Below the pieces are notes generated by a model. That model had not been told where the DNA came from and searched no databases. It saw only the letters and a program-made list of their open reading frames with translations. Source: the human T2T-CHM13v2.0 reference genome, Homo sapiens. From it: DNA of 64,000 bases. Where the stretch lies: the NCBI RefSeq assembly GCF_009914755.1, contig NC_060945.1. One strand, given 5' to 3'. The position numbers were made by a program, and so were the translations under genes. Below are positions 1 to 17,225 of this stretch, in pieces. Every line of letters starts with the position of its first letter. Position 1 is the stretch's first letter.

Positions 1-559
1 AAAGGCACCATCCTTTCTGGCAATATGGAGGACTGTGGTGTAGTTCCACTATATGCTATACAAAAATAAAAAAGAAAGAAAGAGAAATACTGGATAAAAG
101 AGAACAAAAAATTGTTTCTTTTTCATTTTAAATACATAGCAGACTCAAAATAAGGAGAAATCACCAGATGGCAGAAATGAAGAGGGAATTCAACGCTGAT
201 CCTGCAATAGCCAATGAGAGCATTGGACACAGGTCCCAGTTTGGAACTGAAGCGCAGGGACTAAACCTGAGCTGGAACAAGACGTGCAGCCAGTGACAGT
301 GCAGGGCAGGGAACTGGAATTGAGATTCCTATGCAGCGTTGGAACCCTCAAGAGCCACTCTGCCAGGGAAAACGGGATGAGAAGTTCTCTGTCCACTGTC
401 CCTGAGGAGCAGCGAGGAAGTGGCATTGAGCCAGTGCTGTCTGGTCCTCAGAGAAGTCAAAACTCATGCCTGTGTATCATATGGTTGTGGGATCCAAATG
501 TGCAACATGTACATGACACAGAAACATAGAATAAACATAGTGAAATCCAGGAGGAGATT

Positions 560-676
560 TTAAGTTTAATTAACATTAAATAAAATTTAAAAATCCAATC
601 CTAGAGAAGCGTTAACCACATTTCAAGTGCTCAGAAGCCACATGTGGCCGGTGTGTCACATGTTGGACAGTACAGG
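560..676. mobile_element. MER3/MER33-like hAT fragment
   Basis: ccacatttcaagtgctcagaagccacatgtggcc...tgttggacagtacag. Confidence 0.65.
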
Positions 677-1289
677 TGCAGAATGTCATGAAAGCAGAAA
701 TTTCCAAGGTCTTCATCGATGCCATAAAACAGGGGGATGAATAAAAGATTTAAATATTGAAACAAAAGAAATAAAAGTATAGTTGTTTCCATGTAACAGC
801 TACCCAAAGAATCCAAGTCAATCCACTTAATAAGTATAAGAAATGAATGGCAGAGTTCAGTGTGGGAGGATGATACAAATAGATATACAAAGATAAAGAT
901 ATATATTTAAGGAATTACTACTTGCAGAAGGTGACTAAATGAAGCAGCCACACATAACAGCAACCTCACATGTAAAGTACATAAAGAATAACCTGTGACT
1001 GTCTTACAAGAGAGAGAAAGGGAAAAACTTGCTAAACCATAGTATATGGTGTCAATGCCCAGAAATGATAACTGTTTAATTTTTTACAGGTTCTGACTTA
1101 ATTAAAGATATTTTTAGTATCGAAGATCTCATACTTTAAAAAAAAAAGAAGAACCTGAATGACAATATGCCAGGCATGTGAAGGAAACCACAGGCTCTCT
1201 TGAGAGACACAAAAGAAGTTCTCAAGAATTGGTGAGAAATTTACTCCTCCTTGGGAAGACTTCAGAACCACAGTGATAAGAAGAGATAT

Positions 1290-1618
<329 letters not shown>

Positions 1619-2585
1619 CTAGTGTGTAGTCGGTGCTTTCCATGAATCAGCTTATTTAATTCCCATTCCTCTGTGAAGGTCCAGTAATAGCCCCCAATCC
1701 ACAGATGCAAACACCAAGGCCTGAGATGAGATGGCTAAGCAATGAGAGAACTGCATAGTGAGAGGCAGGGCCGGGTGTGAACCAAAGCTGCAAGGCACAT
1801 CATCAGAGAAAGCGCAGGCTATTCACCGAGTGGTGTTGGGATAACGACCACTCATGCAGGGAAGGCACAGTTAATCCTCTACCTCACTTCACAGACAAGA
1901 TGCTATCTGCACTAAAGATTCATAGATTTTCACAGATGATGAGTGTTGATACAGTCCCGAGCATGCAGTATTTCAGCCCCGCTTGACGGCATCGGAACGG
2001 TCCTTGAGCCTGGAATGCTTCCTTATCCCAAGGTAAAGGCTCCTGGAAGGCCGGGCTGGACTTGCCACCTTGTGTGGCACTATCTTTCCTGTTTTGAGCA
2101 CTAGGGGTGCGGCTTTGCTCTGCATGAGTGTGTGTGTCATGGCACAACCTAAACAACACTCCCTACTCCCTATACTTAGTCTGTGCCCTGCAAGGAGAGG
2201 AGAGAGGAGTCCTGCTGCTGCAGCACAGAGAGGTGCATTCACTGCCTCGGCTTCCAGGAGGGACTCCTGGCCTGGGGGAACCACCACTGAAGCTGACCTC
2301 CCCCATCCCTTCTCCAACTGAGCGAGGCGTTGCTCCAGCTCGTGCCTGCCTGTGTGTGCTTTCCTTGGCTACTTCAATACCAAGATGCAGGGGACCCGGC
2401 TGCTTGGACCTCTGCTCATGATAACAGGCAACAGATGTCACTTGCTTGACAATGAAAGTACTAGAAAAAAATAGGAAGATACCTTGTTTTAGCAATCTTA
2501 GAGCCTAGAAGGTCTTCTGAAGCCAGACACATGCCAGAAGTCATAAGGAAAGTGGAAAAACCGAGTACTTAAAAATGCAAAATTC

Positions 2586-3000
<415 letters not shown>

Positions 3001-5009
3001 TTATTGTGAGATTTAGACACCTCATGGCTGGAGGGAAGCTGGGAGGGGGGCAGAGGAGGGAGAGGAGAGAGGTGGAGGGTCAGGGGAGCTCCTACCAACC
3101 CGTCTGAGCAGCCATGCACCCCCAGCACCCCCGGGCTGCCACAGGAAGTCTCAGAGCAGGACTGTGTTGCTCTGCCAAGCCAGAGACGGGGATGCCAGGG
3201 ATGAGGCGTGGAGGAGAGTGAGGCCCCACCGCAATCTCACCCTGTGTGCCCTCCTGTCTCAGAAACACGGCCTTCAGAGAGCAGCGACTGCTGCTTCCTG
3301 CCACCTCCCACATCTCAGGCCAGCGCCTCTTTGCCTCATTCATATCATACAAGGACAGATTTGGGGAAATAGAATTCCAACTTAACCAAGTTGACAAATG
3401 GCAGGCTGGAGGCAAAATATTTGCATGTCTTAAAAAGCAAAGAAGTACACGATTAAAGCAGTAACAAAGATGGCATTTTTGCCCACAAGATTGACATAAA
3501 ATTTAAAGATTGAGGACATTTGTGTTGCTGATGCTGTGAGGAAATTGTAATTTTCGCATGCTCTTGGTGGAAGCGTAAACAGACACCAACATTTGAGAGG
3601 GGGAAGAGTGTGTCAGTTCCACCATGTTCCATGTGCACACCCTTTGTCAGAGCAAGGGCATTTCTGTCCTGGAAAGGGCAGCACACATACGCACAGGCAG
3701 GATGACAGGACGGGCGAGGCAATTCATGTCAGCTATGATTGTAACGGCTGACAGCAACACTAACAATAGCAATAGCCTGCCTTTGTGCCATGAACCACGA
3801 TGCAATGGTGTTCAAAAGGATGTGGATGAAATGACGTAAAGAGAGGCTTGTGAATATGATTAAATTAACAAAAGGAATTGTCAAGACAGATACATAGGTG
3901 GATAGGAGGGAGGAGAAGGAGGAAGAGGAGCGAGAGAGACAAGGGGCTGTGGCAGTGGGGAAGTGAAGGCCCCTGAGGGAAGCTGCAGATCAGAGAAAAA
4001 ATGGTTTAGAATTTGATGGGAGAAGGGTCACATTTGGCTTAAATGTGAATTGGCTTGAATTTGTGAGAACGATTATGTATTTAATGTTATGTACCTAAAT
4101 TTAATTTTTAAATTATGCATCTAATAAATAACTTAAAAATAACTAACTTTCAAAATAATTTAAAATTCGTTTATATTAGAGTAAAAGAATGAAGCAAAAT
4201 GAACATGAAAGCAAATAAAAGAAGGTAGGAGGAGCTAAAAGGAAGAAGGGAGACTGAGCAAAGAGCGGGAGAGGAAAATATTTCTCTAAAACCAGGATAC
4301 AAATGATGGCTTCCAAGCAAAAACCGAAACAACCTTTTCATATTTGGGGGCATCCTTCTGAGATGAGCCTCAACTTTCCCTACTTTACAAATGAGGAAAG
4401 TGAGAGGGAGAAAGTGTAAGAAATCTAAGACCAAAGAGAGTGCTATCTACACCTCAACCAAACAGAATTGTGGGGCACCTTTAAACAAGATCCTAAAAAT
4501 GCTTAGATGTGTTTTATAGTTCCCCCTAAGTGAATTTCAACCTTCATCCTCCTCGTTCTCTGGAGCTATATGGCCACAGCTCCCCCGCCTCCCACAGGCC
4601 ATAGCATCAACTCAAGGTGAAAATGTAGGTCGTTCCCTGGGCCCAGGATGCATCTTCTCTGAAAACGGGAGCCCCTCCCAGCACGTGTGTCTCCCTGAGC
4701 AGGGCCTGGTGCACGCTTTGATCTAAACCAATGTGACATTTCCCATGAGGAAGGGGAAACCTCATTCAGCTACAACTTGAACTATTTCTTTAGGGCAACC
4801 GAGTTATTGATGGCCCCATCTATCTTTTTTAAGAGCAGTGGAACTCTCAGGCACTTTGGAACTGTCCTGCCAGCCAGCAACTTTCCTGTACCCCCTAGAT
4901 GCAGTAGCCCGGGAGGTGGTGACCCTATGCTGCGGGCTGAGCATCTTTGCTGTTAATAGTAATGATCTCGTCTATCTATTTTGAATGAGCCAGCTATGGG
5001 CCCTATGCA

Positions 5010-6200
5010 ATATCTCATTTAACTCCTACAAACCTCCATTTGTTTATTCGCTGAATAAATATTTACTGAACACCTGTGATGTTCTAATTACCTGGATTAG
5101 AGCAGTGAACAAAACAGGGCTGTGCCCTCCAGGAGCTAACAGATTAGAGGGCAGTCCGACAAATCACAAGGCATTGGCCAGGCAGCGTTCACGTGTTACA
5201 AGGAAGTAAGAAGGGAGCTGATTTTATGTGTGGGGCTAGGGGCCATGTCCTAGGAGGAAGTCTGTCCAGACAAATGGATGATCAGAGTCAGTTGGTCAAC
5301 AAAGCATAAAGGCAGAGGGAGAGCTGGGTTGCCAGGCATGGAAAAATCTAAGAACATAGGCTTAGCTTTGCAGTAAGAGACAACAAGGGGACGGAGAGAA
5401 GGAGAATGAGAACAGGGTGGAGCGCCACACCCATAAACTGCATTCAAGCAGTCCGCCATGACAGGGCTGAGTTCGAGGCAAGAGTGGTACCAGAGAGGAA
5501 GGTCCCAGGGTACCCTATGAAGATGTAACGAGAGCGTGGGGGACTTTTGGAGGGTTTAAGCAGAGGGAGGCAGGATCACATTCGCATTTTGGAAGGCTGT
5601 TCTGGCTGTAGTGCAGAGGGTGCGTTGGGAGGGTTCCTGTCTGGAGCAGCAGCTGAGAGCTGTTGCAGTCACCCAGGCCCATCACAGCAGGAGAGGGTTG
5701 CTGTGGGAATGGAGAGACCTGGATGCCTGCAAGAGACACTTCTAGTAACAGCACAATAAGGTGAAAGTTTGGATGTGCAATGTGGGGAAACAGAACAGTC
5801 AAGTAAAACACCCAGGTTTCTGGCTGAGGAAACTTGGTCGATGTTGCCCTATTCCCTGAGACAGAAATTCTAGGAGGAAAGACATGCTTAGGGAGCAGAT
5901 AATTGATTTTTATTTTGAACACATTTGAGTTAGAGAAATCCATGGGACAACCAAATGTAGTCGTCTCATGGACAAGGGTGGCTTATTTGACCCATAGCTC
6001 AAGAGAAAGATCTAGGCTGTAAACATAGTTTGGGAGATTATCAGAACAGGTTATAATTGAAATGGCAGATGTGCCTTAGATGGTTCAAGAGTGTGTGCAA
6101 GTTGCAAAGAAGTCCTCGGACAGCACCCGAGGAGCTCTGAGGTTCAGCGTCCAGGGACAGGAGGATGAAGTGACAGACGCGTGGTGTGGGAGCAGCAGAG
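5010..6200 (-). mobile_element. L2 fragments
   Basis: cattt..attcgctgaataaatatttactgaacacct; gagggtttaagcagagggaggcaggatcacattcgcattttggaagg; attttgaacacatttgagttagagaaatcc. Confidence 0.7.
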
Positions 6201-6550
6201 GTGTAGCACGGGCACGGAGCAGGCGTGGGCACCGAGGACCTGGGACAAGCCCATTTTAGGGGGAGTGTGGTGCATGATGGGAAAGGCTCCAGGGAAGGTA
6301 AGGACCAACAGGGGTGCACCGGAGTTAGCAGCTGTTTCATGGTAGGGCAAAATGGAACCCCAAGGACAGACAGCAGGGGACAGAGTGGGTGGAGAAGTGA
6401 AAGCCGTGGGTGGAAACAATGATCCCCAAGACTGGATGTAAAACATGGGGAATCAATTGTTCTGGGAAAGAACAAGCTCTGAGAGTGAAAAATTAAAGGG
6501 GAATGAGAAGAAAATCATTTGGGAAGGAGAAGGTTAGAAAATGGGGCATT

Positions 6551-6845
6551 TGCCGGGCATAGTGGCTCATGCCTGCAATCCCAGCATTTTGGGAGGTCAA
6601 GGCAGGCAGACCACCTGAGGTCAGGAGTTCAAGACCTGCCTGGCCAACATGGCAAAACCCTATCTCTACTAAAAATACAAAAGAATAGCTGGGTGTGGTG
6701 GTGTGTGCCTGTAGTCTCAGCCACTCAGGAGGCTGAGGCACAAGAATCACTTGAACCCGGGAGGCAGAGGTTGTAGTGAGCCTAGATCACACCAGTGCAC
6801 TCCAGCCTGGGTGACAGAGTGAGAGTCTGAAAAAAAAAAAAAAAG
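6551..6845 (+). mobile_element. AluSx-like
   Basis: Full dimer; TSD aaatggggcatt (second copy ~7060). Confidence 0.93.
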
Positions 6846-6880
6846 AAGGAGAAAGAAGGAGAAAGAAAGAAAGAAAGAAA

Positions 6881-6917
<37 letters not shown>

Positions 6918-7057
6918 AGAAAGAAAGAAAGAGAGAGAAAGAAAGAAAGAAAGAGAAAAAGAAAGAGAAAAGAAAGGAAGAGAAAAGAAAGAAAGAAAGA
7001 GAAAGAAGGAAGGAAGGGAAGAAAAGAAGGGAGGGAGGGAGGGAAGGAAGAAAGGAA
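6845..7057 (+). repeat. (GAAA)n / GA-rich purine tract grown from the Alu tail
   Basis: Purine run located between the Alu body and its downstream TSD. Confidence 0.92.
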
Positions 7058-7703
7058 ACAAATGGGGCATTAATTGAGGGCCACTGGGTGCCAGACTTGG
7101 GGGTACAGAGGGAAACCATGCACCAGGTTCCAAGGATTTCCATGATGAGGGGTATGGCCAGGTAAAAAGGGGAGGACAACCAGGAGAGGCAATGAAGGAT
7201 ACAAAGCAGGAAAGCACGCACCTCTTGCAAATCGAGGAACGAGAGAATGGGCTGCTAGTGAGAACAGGCATGGTGGGACCTTGCCTCAGTGCCCTTCATC
7301 CAATAATGCAGAACAAAACACCTCCTGAGAAGCACTTTGTGAGAAGTCTGCAGGAAGCTTGGCCTCATGGTGGAAGCAGGTTTCAGTTACGAGTCAAGCA
7401 GAGAGACTGAAGATGGGGTGTGCTTGTTTGCATATCAGGAACTTGGCTCCTGAGAGGTTGGTGGAGAGGTGTGTGGGGGGAGGGCATCGTGAGGCAGTGG
7501 GAAGCCCAGAGCAATGAGCCCTAGGGAGCATTCTGAATCCCCTTTTTGGGGGGCACAAGGATTTCCACAATGCCGTGGAGAAATCTCCATAGCTAGAGAA
7601 TAAAACAATTACTTCCGGCCCTCAACACAAATGCCTTAAGTACAAACTTGCTTTGAGGACTTAGACTGTGTCATAAAATCACGTGAGAATTCCACATCCT
7701 GCT

Positions 7704-7900
7704 TGCATTAGATTCCTGTGGCTGCTGCAAAAAAAGAAAAATCCCACAAATTGGGTGTCTTAAGACAACGGAACTGGATTCTCTCGCAGTTCAGGAGGCA
7801 GCAGTCTGAGATCAAGGCGTCAGCAGGGTGGGTTCCTTCTGGTGGCTCTAGGGAAGAATCCATCCCCAGCTCTTGGTGGCTGCCGGCAGTCCTTGGTGTT
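7704..7900 (-). mobile_element. MLT1 MaLR LTR fragment
   Basis: ttagattcctgtggctgctg...cacaaattgggtgtcttaagacaac...gagatcaaggcgtcagcaggg...ctctagggaagaatcc. Confidence 0.75.
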
Positions 7901-8690
7901 TCTGTCAGACCCAGATAAGATCCACTCTGTCTAATGCAGGAGTTGGTCACAGCACTGGCATCGTAATGGCTGGGGGCACTGCTAGTGGGGAGCATTCCAT
8001 GTGAACTTGCAAGACGAGCCTAATTAGGGAGTCGATTCACGGTGAGCTGCCAGGTGAAAGACACTCCTTGTATAGACACCACATGATTTCCAAGCTGTTC
8101 GCCGGAGACAGTACTTTGGCATTTCTCTGCCAGTTTCATTATTGCCCCAAGATGTGTCCTCTCCGGAGCACTGTGCTTTTTGGATGCAATTTTCTCATTG
8201 GTAAAATGGGAAAGTAGCATCTCACACTAACTTTGGGCCTCACTGTCAAGGATGTTAGTGCTTTAATCACTGGAATTTGGGTCATCACAAGGAGGCTTCA
8301 AAGCAAAGGCTTTGTGTCCTGAGAGATGGCAGACACTGGCATGTAGGAGGTAGCCCAGCTCACGCTGTTGAGAGCAGACATTTACTCAGCACACAACATT
8401 CTGGAAGCAGCTACCAAACCTGTGGGGGTGACCCAAGGGTCTCTGCAGAGAGAGAGCAGAAAGTGGGCTACTGGCTGGGACACAGCCTTCTTGTTTGACT
8501 AGCAATGCCACTGTTGCTTGTCAGCAACAGAATAAAACAAGACCCCCAAGTCTCCTAATTACTAGTAAGGGTGGTTTGGCTCCCCAGGCTGTCCTGCCAT
8601 CACCCTACCTAGTGTCATAGCTTCCACTTCCTCCTCACCAATTCATCCTGCTTGCAGATGCCTGATTAATTATCTAAAAATGTACCTTTA

Positions 8691-9015
<325 letters not shown>

Positions 9016-9467
9016 TTAGACCAAGTCATTCATCCACTCAAAAATCATCAGCATCTTGACATGGTGTTCACAACTCTATAAGCCAACGACAAACTAATGT
9101 TTCAACTGTATCTCTATAATGCCAAGAATCTTTTGCTGCAGCCAACTCTCCAATGCAGGGGGTCCAGTACGGCTACAGCTGTGCAGGTTTCACACTACAC
9201 ATGTGGGATTGCAGTTCACATGTGGTAGACTGTGCAAGGTACCCACTGGCAAGTACTCACTATCCACTCTCCTCCCGCCAACCTCAAGCATGTCTTATGC
9301 CTTCCTTGATCCATGCTTTTGTTATTATTACATTGTTTATTGTTTTGTTGTTCTGGGATATGTTTTAATTTACAGAGGAAAAGTGTAATATAGGAAATTC
9401 CTCCATACGTTCTTACCTAGAATTAAACAATATTTATCATATTTAATATCTATAATATTTGTTTTGA

Positions 9468-10131
<664 letters not shown>

Positions 10132-10380
10132 TGAATTTGGCAAGCATTTTTCCAACCAACTTTTTAATCTTTCAAATATACACCTCATGCACAAAATTGG
10201 ATCAGTCAGGAATCATTTGCACACAGCAAAAAACTCTCTGGCTAGTTTAAACAGAAGAATAAATGCATTAGGGCATTATGTCGTTCCCACTAGACTAGAG
10301 AAACATGCTGGGAGGGCATTCAGCCAGGAACAAGACCCCACATCACACCACCAGCTGCTCTGGTGAAAGAGCGAGGTTCC

Positions 10381-10919
<539 letters not shown>

Positions 10920-10954
10920 CTATGGTTTCAGGATTGTTTCATTTTATAAATTCT

Positions 10955-12340
<1,386 letters not shown>

Positions 12341-12885
12341 TCATTTTATAAATTCTATTAAAACAAAGAAGAGCAGGTAGAAAGGATGCGTGATGCCCTA
12401 TGGGCAAATTATAGTAACACAGTTGCTCGTTCCAAGTACATATGCTCTCAAATCAGAGTGAATTGTAACTAATGAAATGCACTAGTTCAGCACCTAATTT
12501 TCTGAAGCATAGACACACCATGTTGAGGCGTATGCAACTGTTATTTTTAATGTGAGGCCAGAGTTATTCCTGACATTTTTACCTTTGTTGGACTTCTTGA
12601 AACACCATAGCCTCGTGCCAACCAACATCAAGGATTTTTGACTTCTGGCTCTTCCTCCTTCCAGACGTTCTCGGATTCCAAATCTTAGTTACTTTACACC
12701 CTCTAGGAGCACACAGATTTCTGAATAAACAAATGTCTGTATAGAATGAATATGAAATTAATCTATCATACCAGATATAATGGTAATCAATGACCTAATG
12801 AAACCTGATCTTTGAAATGGTGTCAATCAACCAGACACTTGAGAGTTGGCCACTCGTTTCTAGCTTGCTAATTGGTAAATAGGTG

Positions 12886-13175
12886 TTTTTGTTTTTGTTT
12901 GAGACGGAGTCGCCCAGGCTGGAGTGCGGTGGCTGGATCTCGGCTCACTGCAAGCTCCGCCTCCTGGATTCACGCCATTCTCCTGCCTCAGCCCCCCAAG
13001 TAGCTAGAACTACAGGCTCCTACCACCACGCCCAGCTAATTTTGTTTTTGTATTTTTAGTAGAGATGGGGTTTCACAGTGTTAGCCAGGATGGTCTCCAT
13101 CTCCTGACCTCGTGATCCGCCCGCCTTGGCCTCCCAAAGTGCTGGGATTACAGGCGTGAACCACCACAGCCAGCC
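12886..13175 (-). mobile_element. AluY-like
   Basis: caagctccgcctcc..cacgccattctc, gttagccaggatggtctc. Confidence 0.92.
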
Positions 13176-13829
13176 AAATGTGTGTTTTATACATGTCAGA
13201 GAGGGAAGCAATCACAGGGAGTAGCCCTCTCCTTACCTACATTCTGGGAAATGGTGGAAAGCCAGGGGAGGCTTTTGAGGGGAGGCGTGTTGCAATGTGC
13301 TCGGGACTTAGCCAAATCTGAGTAGAGAGGCACATTCAGTGAGAGCTCCAACCTGTCAGAAATGGCCATCTGTGTTTGCAAAAGGTTCTTCAGATGCTCG
13401 AATAATGAGGGAAGTAACCCATGCATGCTCCACTCACTGGGGTGGGGTTTGTTTATTGTTGTTTCTCAACAACAATAAACCACGTGACAGGTGTGAGGAT
13501 CCTGCAGCATTTATTTCTGCCTGTAGTTCCTTCCCTTTCTAGTGCCTAGCTCCTCAGCTCTGCAAAACTTCTGGCTGGGAGGATTTTCAAAGCCACAGCC
13601 TTTTCCCAGCAGAGAAGTTACTCCATGCTCAGACCATGTTAGAAAACAAAACAGCACTGGCCAGAAGTCACCCAGATAGAAACGGTGCCCCCAGAGAGCC
13701 TTGAGGTCACACTAATGAAGTGTCAGCCTTAGAGGATATATATGCATGTTCCTCCTGCCTTCTTCTTTCTAATGAAGCTGGCATCCAGACCTCAAAGCCT
13801 CAGGACACGTCCTTCCTATCTTATCTTTA

Positions 13830-14225
13830 TGGCCGTGGTAAAATATACATAACATAAAATTTACCATCTTAACCATTTTTAAGTGCACAGTTCATTGGCA
13901 TTGAGTTCATTCACTTTGTTGTATCAACCATCATCACCTTTCACCTCCAGAACTTTGCATCTTCCCAAACTGTACTCTGTCTTCATTAAACACTAACTCC
14001 CCATGTTCCTCCTCCACAGCCTCTGGAAGCCACCATTCTACTTTTTGTCTTTATGAATCAGACTATTCTAGGGACCTCATAGAAGTGGACTCATTCAGCA
14101 TTTGTCCTTTCCCTTCTGGCACACTTCACAGAGCATACTGTCTTCAAGGTTCATCCATGTTATGCCCTGTGTCAGGAAGTCTTCCTTTTCATGGCTGAAT
14201 AATATTCCATTGCGTATAATACATT
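13830..14225 (-). mobile_element. L1MB-type 3' end
   Basis: gtggtaaaatatacataacataaaatttaccatcttaaccatttttaagtg...tcttcaaggttcatccatgtt...ggctgaataatattccattg. Confidence 0.8.
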
Positions 14226-14663
14226 TGTTTATGCCTTTATCCATTCCTATTTATTTTTGTGTCAACAAGAAAGTCCAAAGAAAACAAAAAAATAAATAAA
14301 ATGAGATAATTTGATCACACATACATAAGAAGAAAAAAATGGGATTGTTCTGCCCTATTTCATACCATCCTTGAGCATTCATGGAAGAGTAAGTCCCCGG
14401 CACTGACTCACACATCTCCATTCCATCTGCCTGTGGCTAATGCCAAGAGCATCACAGTAAAAACAAACAAACAAAAATTACCTTTTGTTTCCTGATACTC
14501 TGGGAATTAAGTAACACATGAAAGTCTGTTCTCCACTAATAGGTGAGTGCAGAACAGCCCATCAGCTCCAGCTTTCCCTGTGATGGCTGTCTGAGAAGTG
14601 GTAATTGATTAGAGACTTGATAGGGAAGAAGAGACAGAGCTTTAAATCATGGGGCTTTTCTTA

Positions 14664-15082
<419 letters not shown>

Positions 15083-15765
15083 CTAAATGATCTCTGAGGA
15101 GCATGCGGGGAGAAGGGATGTGGACTAAAGGGTGTGCTCCACTTCTTGCTCTGGAACTTTGAAAGATGAGCAGGCCTGGCACTTGAGGCACAAACGAATT
15201 TTCACCCAGAAAATCTAAGAATCCATAAGGAAATAGAGCAACCCAGTTCACTAAGTTTTAAAAAAATGCATATCACAATAAAATATAAATATATTGGATG
15301 TATCTATAACGGATTCAATTATCAACTCATACACATAATTTTCTTATCTGTAAGGTAGGAAGAGTTGATAGATTTAAAATCTTTGGAATTGTAGGGATGC
15401 ATTTGAGAATTTCATGCCAAGCTCCTGCTCTTGCAAAGACCCTCCTTCAGGTCTTCACACAGCCAGTCCCTTCCTGAGGCTCAGCTTCAGCTTCAAGGTC
15501 GCCCCTCAGAGGGCACCTCATGGCCGGCCCAGGATCTCTACCCCCCTCCCCCGCACCACCCGCATTCTGTTATATGCAATACAGTGTCCTGATCATTTCC
15601 TGATATTTTCTTGTATATTTGGTTATTTATCTAACTTCTCCCCCCAGAATATGAGCCTCATGAGCTCAAGTCGCCTGCCCACCTTTATCACTTACCCCCC
15701 AGCACATGGAACAATGCACTCAGTAGGCACTCAGTGAATATTGAACAGTTAAGGAATTTTCCTGA

Positions 15766-16110
<345 letters not shown>

Positions 16111-16298
16111 CAGACGGGTGATTTCTTCAGTGACTTCCTTGGCAATGCTTTCTGTAACGAGGCGGAGTGTGCAGTGGACTTGAGTGTCAGTCTCCATGTA
16201 CTGCCTCTCAGCAATGCCCACATCCTTCTGAACATGCTCTGTGATAAGCCACGGAATTGTTCTCAGTATTTCTCTCCTTCAAAGTGCGAGGCGAAGCT

Positions 16299-16317
16299 TT
16301 CCCAGTAGAGGGCGCTG
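16299..16317 (+). promoter_or_regulatory. Candidate CTCF site
   Basis: ttCCCAGTAGAGGGCGCTG closely matches the CCASYAGRKGGCRS core; motif only, binding unproven. Confidence 0.5.
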
Positions 16318-16653
16318 GAGGGACACGCAGGAGAAGAAGGCCGTCTGTTACTTCCAGCCGGACATAGGTGTGAGGACCACAGTGGCTCTGATATCTCAGC
16401 CTGGTGACATCCTGGCCTCAGCCCTCTCGACAGGGAAACCAAGCACCTGCGCAGCCCCCTGTGCTCTGCAGGGCCACAAGCCCCCCAACACCGCAGGGCC
16501 TGTGCTCATGAAGGTGCCCCGGTGGCTCCAGACCCGCCTTGTCGTGGCCAAGCCGGGGCACCTCCTGCCTCCCCTGGCTGACCACACCCTCTCCAGAAGG
16601 TCTGGAGACATTCCCAGCCCCTCCTTCCTTGGGCATCTCCCTGAGCCCTAGGA

Positions 16654-17225
16654 CAGTGGTCCCCAGCCTTTTTGGCACCAAGGACCAATTTTGTGGAAGG
16701 CAATTTTTCCACAGACCCAGGGTTGGGGAGATGGTTTCAGGATGGTTCAAGCACCTTACGTTTATTGTGCACTTTATTTTTATTAAATAAAAATACATTG
16801 TAATATATAATGAAATATTTATTGTAATTGTAATATACGTTGTAATATAAAATGAAATAGTTATACAACTCACCATCATATAGAACCAGTGGGAGCCCTG
16901 AGCTTGTTTTCCTGCAAGTAGATGGTCCCATCTGGGGGAGATGGGAGACAGTAACAGATCATCAGGCATTAGATTCTCGTAAGGAGCATGCAACCTAGAT
17001 CCCTCGCATGCCCAGGTCACAATAGGGTTCTCACTCCTGTGAGATTTTAATGCCGCTGATCTGACAGGAAGTGGAGCTCTGGCAGTAATGCGAATGATGG
17101 GGAGCGGCTGTGAATACAGATGAAGCTTCGCTTGCTCACCTGCAGCTCACCTGCCGCTGTGCAGCCCAGTTCCTAACAGGCCACAGACTGATGCTGGTCC
17201 ATGGCCAGGGGGTTGGGGACCACTG
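16654..17225. mobile_element. MER1A hAT-Charlie non-autonomous DNA transposon
   Basis: TIRs cagtggtccccagcc / ggttggggaccactg; 8-bp TSD ccctagga / ccctaggg; characteristic attagattctcgtaaggagcatgcaacctagatccctcgcatg. Confidence 0.9.

Noticed and set aside
6747-7271. Phe/Ser/Leu-rich membrane-like ORFs (also 47631-48306)
   Set aside because: Reverse translation of polypurine tracts
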